A stretch of 62,970 bases of DNA, filler included, from Octopus bimaculoides (Eukaryota), in the NCBI RefSeq assembly GCF_001194135.2. It is 5 parts of 5 records of this genome, joined end to end, with 100 filler letters (N's around TTAATTAATTAA, not from the genome) between each part and the next. Parts side by side here need not be neighbours in the genome. Positions count along the whole stretch, not along the records: positions 48,923 to 54,824 come from NC_068985.1; positions 54,925 to 62,970 come from NC_068993.1; 3 more parts are not named here. One strand, 5' to 3'. A model generated the notes under the pieces. It did not search any database and was not told the DNA's origin. It worked only from the letters and a program-made list of their open reading frames with translations. Made by a program: the position numbers and the translations under genes. Positions 54,792 to 62,970 of this stretch are shown here, in pieces (positions within the stretch are counted from its first letter, which is position 1; the number at the start of each line of letters is the position of its first letter).

Positions 54792-55199
54792 TAATAATAA
54801 TAAAAAACAACGAAAAATACCTTANNNNNNNNNNNNNNNNNNNNNNNNNNNNNNNNNNNNNNNNNNNNTTAATTAATTAANNNNNNNNNNNNNNNNNNNN
54901 NNNNNNNNNNNNNNNNNNNNNNNNGGTGATACGTTTTAGGCTTAAACTGAATCTAACAAAAAACTAACTTGTGAAGTGGACTGCGACTGTGTGTTTTCAG
55001 CTGAGAGATTTTACGATGTCAACAAGTAATCTTTACAAGTATTAAAGAAAGTGTGAGAGCGAGAGAGCGAGAGAGAGAGAGAGAGAGGGAGAGAGAGAGG
55101 GAGAGAGAGAGAGAGCGGATATACTTGTGTTTAAACAATAGGTTCAGCAAGGTAGCAGTCTCGGTATTTTAAAGGGCTGCTTTCCATATGAATATGTGT

Positions 55200-55415
55200 A
55201 AATAAAGTTTACATCAAGAGAGGCATATTTCAAGGAGATAACCTATCACCATTGCTGTTTGTGGTTTGTATGATACCTTTCACACAAATACTATAAAAAG
55301 TGACAACGGGGTACATTTTGAAAAGTGGAGAAAAATTAAATATGGACGACTTAAAGATCTTTGAGAAGACCGAAGGTGAAATAAATAGCCTAGTTTCAAC
55401 AGTGCAGATATTCTA
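55200..55415 (+). mobile_element. R4/Dong-clade RT fragment (domains 4-5)
   Basis: VYIKRGIFQGDNLSPLLFVVCMIP...KLN-MDDLKIFEKTEGEINSLVSTVQIF. Confidence 0.85.
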
Positions 55416-55948
55416 GTTGCCCTTTTTAGGGCGCACCACTATTTATTGTTGACGATTGTCCCCATCAACGTCTGCTTAACTAATTCACTTATCCGGTCTC
55501 CAGAATTTTAGCGTGTGGGCAAAGACGCTTTCAGCGTCCAGTAACTGAGTCTCTGTCTATGAAGCCAATCTGAGTCGACTGTACGGATCACGAATTTATG
55601 GTCTGTGTAGCTGACTACTCTAAATTGTGGATATCCTATGTTATCCTTATTTGCTTCTCTACAGAATACCCTATCTAGATACGAACTGGATGACCCAATG
55701 CAGTTTTATCTGGTCCACACTGGTACATCAGGAAAATCGAGTCGATACCTGTCAGACAGTTGGAATCGTCTAAGCAGGTTTTTCAACCTTTTGCAGCCCC
55801 CCTCACCTGTCTGCTAAACTCACACAGTCGCAGCTTACATCTAAGACTTCCTTCCAATCCCCCACTAGCACTAAAGAGCAGGGTGTTCCCAGAAAACTTT
55901 CTAGATGCCTGAAGAAATCTAGTCGTTCTGCCTCTATTGGAGCCTAGG
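55416..55948 (-). mobile_element. L1/Tx1-clade ORF2 apurinic endonuclease fragment
   Basis: ERLDFFRHLESFL..LVLVGDW..VLD, DRYRLDFPDVPVWT, SYLDRV, YTDHKFV, SYWTLKASL. Confidence 0.85.
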
Positions 55949-56985
55949 ATTATTATTATTATTTGATAAAAACTCACAACTTATTTTACTCGGTATGATG
56001 GAAAGTGTCAGCTTGTCCAACAAAGATTCTGCAGACTAAATGACACTCGTTTACTGGTCATGTTTCAAGAACCCTGCGAAGAATTCTTGCAGTTCCAAGC
56101 AATGCTGATTTTTGTAGGTGTTCTACATTTGTACCAATCTTTTTAAGTTAAGTTGGCAGTTGAGTGCTGATACTTCCAAGTGCGCTAATTGCTATTGGTA
56201 CCACGTCTACTCTCCTCATTGACCACAACCTTTGTATTTCCCACTTCAAATCGTCATAGTTGTTCAGTTTTTCTTCTTTCTCTTTGATCCCGTTGTCACC
56301 GGGACATGCTATGCAGATTATTATGCATGTTCTTTCTTTTTTTCCCCACAACAATGTCCGGTTTCCGATGTCTGGTCAGGAGATCGCACTGCATCACAGG
56401 ACTTTGCAATTTTTATTTATAATGACTCCTGGGGTTTGCTCATACCACGTCATTGCTCTTTGCAGGCCATTATTTCCACAGAGATCACAATGGATCATTC
56501 TTGCCAGATTGTCATGGCGTCTTTTGTATTTGCGTAATGCCAAATTCGGGTATTCGCTAACGATGTGCCATATTGTTTCACACCTCTCACTATACATTCT
56601 GCATTTGTCACTGTCGGTAGTGCTGTCGATTCTGTACTTCATATAGTTAGTTCTTAACGCTTGTTTTTGAGCTGCACATATAATTGCTTCTGTCTCTATC
56701 TTCAGGTTACTCCTCCTCATTCATATCCACCGGTTTTCTGTATCTGTCTTGGCGTTCGTATCTTATGCAAACAGACCGTACGTTTGTTTTCTTCCATGTT
56801 GTTTCTTTTTTTTTTGTGTGTTCTTTTCCGCTTCAAGTTTTTCTTACGGCCTTCTTTACGTGTTTCAACAATGGTACCACAGCACGTTTTACATACTACC
56901 CTAAGCTGTTTTCCTGTTTCGATACAATCCTGGTAACTAATCAAACCTCTCCACCCTTTCTTCTGGACAAGTACAGTTTATCGGT
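55949..56985 (-). mobile_element. R4/Dong-clade LINE 3' part with (TAA)n tail (element C)
   Basis: DKLYLSRRKGG, LKIETEAIICAAQKQALRTNY, KCRM..CETIWHIVS, YKRRHDNLA, RLE region IACPGD..KEKEEKL..YDDLKWEI..VVPI.ISALG, LQKSALLGTARILRRVL; tail at ~55949-55962. Confidence 0.92.
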
Positions 56986-57178
56986 GGTGTACAGGGATTT
57001 TTGATAAAAAAAGTTCAGTGGATGCCATAAATTGATCGGAGAGCATTTTAATGCATTGATCAATGGAGAAGAAATCCCGGGGTGGTTGATAAAAGGATGA
57101 ACAGTGTTGTGTCTAAAGGATGCATCAAAAGGAAATGCTACTGACAATTACAGGCCAATTTCTTGCCTCCCATTAATG
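56982..57178 (+). mobile_element. Inverted R4/Dong RT domain 0-1 fragment
   Basis: GVQGF..KKFSGCH...[34 protein letters not shown], opposite in orientation to the adjoining element C. Confidence 0.88.
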
Positions 57179-57184
57179 ATAGTC

Positions 57185-57830
57185 TGATGTTAAGATTACA
57201 ATAAAAGGTTTTTGCTATTATGTACATTTAAAAGTATTCTGATACTGTTTACAGATTAAAATGTTTTGGGGATTACATAGATAATATTTTCTTAGGATAT
57301 GAGTAGTTCCCTTGAGCACTATTTTCTGAATTTCTTCCATTTTGGGATTTCCTGGCACCTGGGTAGAAATCAGCCCCTTTTGATATCATTCCTAGGGCAC
57401 CTATCACAACAGGTATTGTTTCAATCTTGAGGTTCCACATTTTACGAATTTCTATTCCAAGATCTTTACACTTACTCAGTTTTTGGTAGGTCTTGACAGA
57501 TAGATTTAATGTCGATTGGGACAGTCATATCAATGAGGAGGCATGACTTTTGTCTAAAATCAATCCTTGAATGTAATATCTGGCCTATTTGCAACTATCT
57601 TTCTGTCTGTTCGAACAATAAAGTTCCAAAGGAGTGAGATGTGATCATTTCCAAGTACTGGAGGTGGTTTGTGTTTCCACCAGATTTTATCATGGGGCAG
57701 GTCCAAGTCTTTGCAAATTACCCAGTGAATATACATGCCCATTGAGATACTCTGTAGGCGTAAGAAGGCTGCAGATGGACACAATATGATCGACATGTTG
57801 GGCTACTGCCATTTTTTAAGATGCTGGCCT
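57185..57830 (-). mobile_element. R4/Dong-like LINE 3' part, second subfamily (element B)
   Basis: YQASILKNGSSPTCR, YIHWVICK..WWKHKPPPVL..LLWNF.VRTDRKIVANRPDI, LIDMTVP, IPVVIGALG, IQKIVL.GT. Confidence 0.88.
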
Positions 57831-57989
57831 GGTAGATTGACAAATTTATTTTTTGAACCAGTTGAAGATACACGAGATGTCGAAATATCGTTCACTAGAT
57901 AACAATGGCACTCTTCTTTTAATTTTGACTCTATATCTTCAGGAGGAGTTACCTCAATTCTTTCTATATTAACCAAAATGAAGTAGATT

Positions 57990-58140
57990 GACAAATTTAG
58001 TTTTTGAACTAGTTGAGGTAGTATCCTTCTTGTGCTCCTTGACTTTGTTCCAGATGTCACTCCAAAACCTTTGACTTTCAATGTTATCTGGTATCAACTT
58101 TTCATCTGTGCACTCTCCATTTATTTTTTTGACTACCCAT
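57990..58140 (-). mobile_element. R4/Dong pre-RT fragment
   Basis: KINGECTDEKLIPDNIESQRFWSDIWNKVKEHKKD. Confidence 0.75.
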
Positions 58141-58857
58141 CTGATAAAGGTACTCTAGACACATGTGCGCGACATGGTGATCAAGATTGGCAGCATGTGA
58201 CCTCGCAGGTGGGACCTAGTTAGAATTTTCTTCAGGTCGAATAGGCCATCCCGCTCAAAAGGTACATGTTTCCTAAGGTGAATTATTCAAACCCTAAAGA
58301 ATTCCTTTCAACACATGGCTATGATGCTCCCCCACTGCTTCTGCTCACGATCAGAGATGCACATATTATCAGCCACTAAGGGAGATACTGAAATGGTTAA
58401 GGTCAAACAACTGACAAGCAAATCTGTGGTAGTGAGCAGAATATTTGCTGTAGCCTATCATGATAACACATACTGTAATTTGAAACTCCGTAAGTTGTAA
58501 GAGATTTTATAATCTTTTTGGGCTTCTAAGACACTATGTTTTCATTTTTATTATTGCATTAGAAACTTCAATGTTAGTTTTCTTGGAGTCAGAAATAGAG
58601 GTTAATAAAAGTATACAATAGGCGGCTGAAGGAATATTAGTTTTAAACAAAGATATTTTTCTGCAATATGCTGGTAGCTTTCGTTTTGCCAATTGCAAAA
58701 TTGAAGACTGATGATGTCATTCTGTCAAAATAGGAATGCAGGATCTCTTCGTTCATAATTTTGAATTTTTGAATTTCTTCATTTTACATTGAAAAAGACA
58801 GGAGCGCCGTCAAAAATCTTTCAAACAAATAAACAATCTATTACAATTGCATCGCAC

Positions 58858-59000
58858 TCTTCTTCTTCTTCTTCTTCTTCTTCTTCTTCTTCTTCTTCTT
58901 CTTCTTCTTCTTCTTCTTCTTCTTCTTCTTCTTCTTCTTCTTCTTCTTCTTCTTCTTCTTCTTCTTCTTCTTCTTCTTCTTCTTCTTCTTCTTCTTCTTC
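58858..59000. repeat. (TCT)n microsatellite, about 47 units
   Basis: Perfect run. Confidence 0.95.
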
Positions 59001-59100
59001 CTTAAATGCTGAAAACAGTTTTTTGTTTCGCTCGTGTTTTGTGGCTATTTGTATTAGTTTTCATTGCTTCTGAAGTAGGTATTTTTGCAGTCCTATAGTG
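59001..59100 (-). mobile_element. R4/Dong-like fragment (post-thumb)
   Basis: TIGLQKYL...ATKHERNKKLFSAFKE running into (GAA)n. Confidence 0.55.
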
Positions 59101-59153
<53 letters not shown>

Positions 59154-59167
59154 CATCATCATCATCA

Positions 59168-59227
<60 letters not shown>
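59101..59227. repeat. Compound (TTA)n(TCA)n(TTA)n microsatellite
   Basis: Directly abuts the 3' end of element A. Confidence 0.95.
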
Positions 59228-59228
<1 letters not shown>

Positions 59229-59594
59229 TATGCTCACAACCTATTAGACTGTTGGAAAAGAAAAATTCCTAACATTAGGCTACAACAAGTAACTTCTTAA
59301 GTGTCCTAGCTGTTCCTAATAACACCGTTTTCTGGAGCTGTATCAAACTGGGTTTTATGCCTATTTCTTCTATTCATCCGTTCAAACCTTTAGGGATAGT
59401 TCCTAATGCCCCTAGAACTACTGGGATACATTTTATCAGCACTTTCCATAGTCTTTGTAATCTAATGGCTAGGTCCTGATACTTTGCGAATTTTCTATAC
59501 CTCTCATATTGATATGAAAGGTATAGAAAATTTGTGATTATAAAGCCATTTAGGATTATAAAGCCAATTATCTGGCACTTTCTATTCTCTTTAT

Positions 59595-59666
<72 letters not shown>

Positions 59667-62540
59667 AATCAGGACTTCTAGCTTCTATTACTCTGTAGTC
59701 TGAATGTTAAAGTCCCACAACATTTTATATTTTTTACTTTCTAGTACTTTACTATGTTCATGTTCATACCATTTATCAGTATGTTCAAAACTTAGCTTTC
59801 TACATAATTCCCAGTGGATTACTCTCCTTAGGTTGTCATATATTGTACTCTTTGTGCTAGTATGCTACATTCACTTACTATATGAGTAACACTTTCCACT
59901 TTTAATTTGTGTAACCTACATCAGGAACCTACTTGGTTTTTGTCTATCTTGGCTTTTATGCAATTAGTCCTAAATGCTTGATCTTATGCTGCTACTAACA
60001 AAATTTCTGTCTCCATTTTCAGCCTTCCTTTCTACAACCATAACCATGTCTCATTACTACTATTTGCTGCAACTATCTTTGGGAACCTACCATGTAAAGC
60101 CTTCTCCTTCCAGTCAGATAACTTTTGTTCTTTCTTCTGGTTTTGAACTTCGCTTGGCTTTTTGGTTTCGCTATGTCTTGCTGTAACTCTAGCAGCTTTT
60201 AATAAACTTTTTTCTTTATTACCTACATAGGAGTCTATATCTACTCTAGCTAACTTCACGCAGTATTCTACTGATATTAACCTTATTCCATATTGAATTC
60301 CTTCCTAGTTCTTCTGTCTAGCTTCGCTAATTCAGTTTCTGTCCAATCTGCAAAAGCTACTGAGTGTCTATGTAATGATACTGGTAATGTATTTACAGTC
60401 TTCACTAGATTCGGACCATTTAGATTTGATTTCATTAACTTCCTCACCCTTCTGATGTACTCCTCAATTTTCATTTTCATTTCTATAGTTAGTACTCTCT
60501 CAGATTCTAATATCCCTAGATACTTATAACTCTCTCCTTCTCTCAGTGATTTTAATATCTGGCCATCTGGTAATTGGATGCCTTCACTATTGACTGGTTT
60601 CCCCCTTTTCAATATTTGCACGCTAAGGAATCTATCTCTTTTTCATTCTTACTAAAAAGTGTTAGATCATCCATATAGAGCAAATGGTTAATTTTTCCAT
60701 TACTATTTCTGAACTGATACCCTGTCTTTGCCTTCCTTAATACTAAATTGAGGGGGATCAAACAAGACAAATATTAAAGGGGATAACTAGTGTCCTTGGA
60801 AAATTCCTCTCTTGTTATTAACTTTCCCTAAGATTGTATCACCTAAGTAGACCTACTTTCCATTTCTTCATGCTAAAGCTAAGTAATTCTCGTATGTTGT
60901 CTGCTATACTGAATATACTCAAACATTCACTTATCCATGAGTGTGGGATTAAGTCATAGGTCTTTTTATCCATGCTATTAAATTTTTCTTCTAAATTTTA
61001 CTTTATTTAGAACTGCTTTGTCTATGTATAATAGATCATGCGTTCCTCTAGCCTTCTTCCTGCAATCTTTCTATTCTGGCAGTAAATTCTGGCTGTCTAG
61101 GTGCTCGTAATGCTTTCTGAGAAAGCATTCCTGTTAACAGCTTCAACACTAATGGTAAGGTAGTGATTGGTCTATAATTGCTACCCCTAACCTTAACCCT
61201 AACCCTAACCCTTACTTTTGTCTTTCATAAGAGTACTGTTTTCCCTCTAGTCATCCAATCTGGAATTATTCTTTCGTTAAGGCAATCCTGAAGTTGTTCC
61301 CTCAGCCTCCCATGTAGGCTACTAAATTTCTTTAAACAGTACCCCTGAACTAAATCTGGTCCTGGGCCCTTCCAATTCGACATTTTTCTTTACTCATTAA
61401 GGCATTTATTAGTCTTAGATCTGGCTGCTTCTTCCCTTACTTTTTTTAACCTTACTACATTTCCATTATGATTGACTGGCTTATCCCAAATATTACTCCA
61501 GAACTTTCTAGCTTCTACATTAGGTTTTTCATCTTCAGTACTTTCTTTTTCACTATTTATTTGGTTATGAAATCCCCTCTGGTCTGTTTCAAATAATCTA
61601 TTCTATTGATACTGATATATTCTTTTCTGGTATCTAGAAAGCTTACTTGCTGCTGCAATGATACGATGTTGCAACACTTCTACGAAATTTGACTAAGTAT
61701 CTTTTCTCAAGAGAAGATTGAAATCATGCATTTCCTAACTTCCAGTTTCCAGACTTCTATTCTACTCAGATCTTGTCTTAAAGTCTTCATTTCATTTTGT
61801 AATCGTCTTTTCCATATTTGCTCTTTTCTAACTTTTCCTAGTGGAATATCCAATCTTCTAGTAATTACTACCCCTCTTGCATAGATAAATTTCCTAGTCA
61901 TATCTAACAGCTTCCTTCTGTTGGTACCTTTTAATGCTGGCAATCTTTTTCTTACTTCTTTACTGATTACTTCCTGCATTTCTAATTTTTCTCACTTAAA
62001 TCACTTAAATTGCTGGTGCCAGTTGTCCCTTCCTTATTGGTAGTGTTATTGTTATTTGTTCCTTTTAAGTTCTTCTTTGGTTTGAACTTTATCTCTCATG
62101 TTGTTGTTTGTCTTTCCTAGTGCCCGGTCTTTCTTTTTCAGTTCTCTTATAATTTCTTCCCCCTTCAATTCTGTCATCCATCTTCTCCTAATAGTATTAG
62201 TTTGATCTACTACTCAGTCACTTTAAACATAGCCTTCTCTACACAAAGTGTTAACATCCATTTTCTACAACCCCTTCTTTTAGGCTCAATTTCTAATATG
62301 TACTGCATCACTACCCTGTTTTCTTCGCTGGTCCACTTCCTCCTCCTTACTCTATTATCTGCTGATGCTGTATTAGGATAACATCTGTGGTCAATCTGCA
62401 TCTTTACTGAATCACTGCCAAGCGAGAGGCCTTCCCTTAAAGGTTTAACCTCATTTTTGCTGTTGCAATCAGAGTTTTTCCGCAAACTCCTTTCTCATAA
62501 ACTGAGATGAGGTAACGTTCGTCACCATTGTCATCACCAC
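59228..62540 (-). mobile_element. Near full-length, inactivated R4/Dong-clade LINE (element A)
   Basis: N-terminal RRKWTSEENRVVM..EPKRRG domain; RT motifs PDWMTRGKTVL, NYRPITTL, KRGIFQG, HLLYMDDL, YKYLGILE; WKEKALHGRF; RLE PDLVV..KCQII, KYQDLA, PVVLGALG, LQKTVLLGTAR. Many stops and deletions; (TTA)n at the 3' end and TATTATTATT at 62541-62550. Confidence 0.93.
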
Positions 62541-62894
62541 TATTATTATTCGACATCTAATAGTTTCAAGTAGCTTTCTATTACATCAATTGCTGCACTT
62601 TCGTGCTGGTAAAGCATGTGCTGCATTTTACTATTGTTATATGGACTGTTAGATATGTAATTCGTCTGACGTTCCGTGTGTCATGTGGTTCGTCTGAGTT
62701 CATTGTTTCATTGTTGTTGTCTTGTGTGACTGTGGTGGTAAAATGTCATTGAGATAAATATGGCTGACATGACTTTTGTTTATTCATAACGAACATTGGG
62801 TGAGTGCGTTCTTTGTATGTAATTGAATAATAAATGTAATAATTAAATTGTACAACTCGTTGTGTTATCTCTACGAGTCATCCGAGGGAAACAT

Positions 62895-62900
62895 AACAAC

Positions 62901-62933
<33 letters not shown>

Positions 62934-62937
62934 TATT

Positions 62938-62968
<31 letters not shown>

Positions 62969-62970
62969 TA
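62895..62970. repeat. (AAT)n/(ATT)n microsatellite
   Basis: Direct inspection. Confidence 0.9.

Overview
Eukaryotic, AT-rich window saturated with microsatellites and broken by many N gaps. The SINE families and RLE-LINE content look like an octopus (coleoid cephalopod) genome; this is from recall, not a database search. I recognise no intact host gene, rRNA, true tRNA or CRISPR array. Nearly all ORFs in the supplied track are translations of microsatellites, N runs or decayed transposons. Supported content: three tRNA-derived SINE families plus one unclassified repeat; an internally deleted Tigger/pogo transposon; a Tc1/mariner MITE; CR1-like, RTE and L1/Tx1 remnants; a Penelope-like (GIY-YIG) remnant between two ~0.5 kb direct repeats; and a 55-62.5 kb cluster of R4/Dong-clade LINEs tied to (TAA)n tracts. 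Four TTAATTAATTAA linkers inside 100-bp gaps are artificial joins, so neighbourhood across them is uncertain. The best candidate for something new is a dispersed repeat (two copies, near 8.2 and 14.7 kb, minus strand) that folds as a Penelope-type minimal hammerhead ribozyme with a non-canonical CUGU(N)GA core. A few spliceable micro-exons are listed at low confidence. Repeat boundaries are approximate unless stated to the base.
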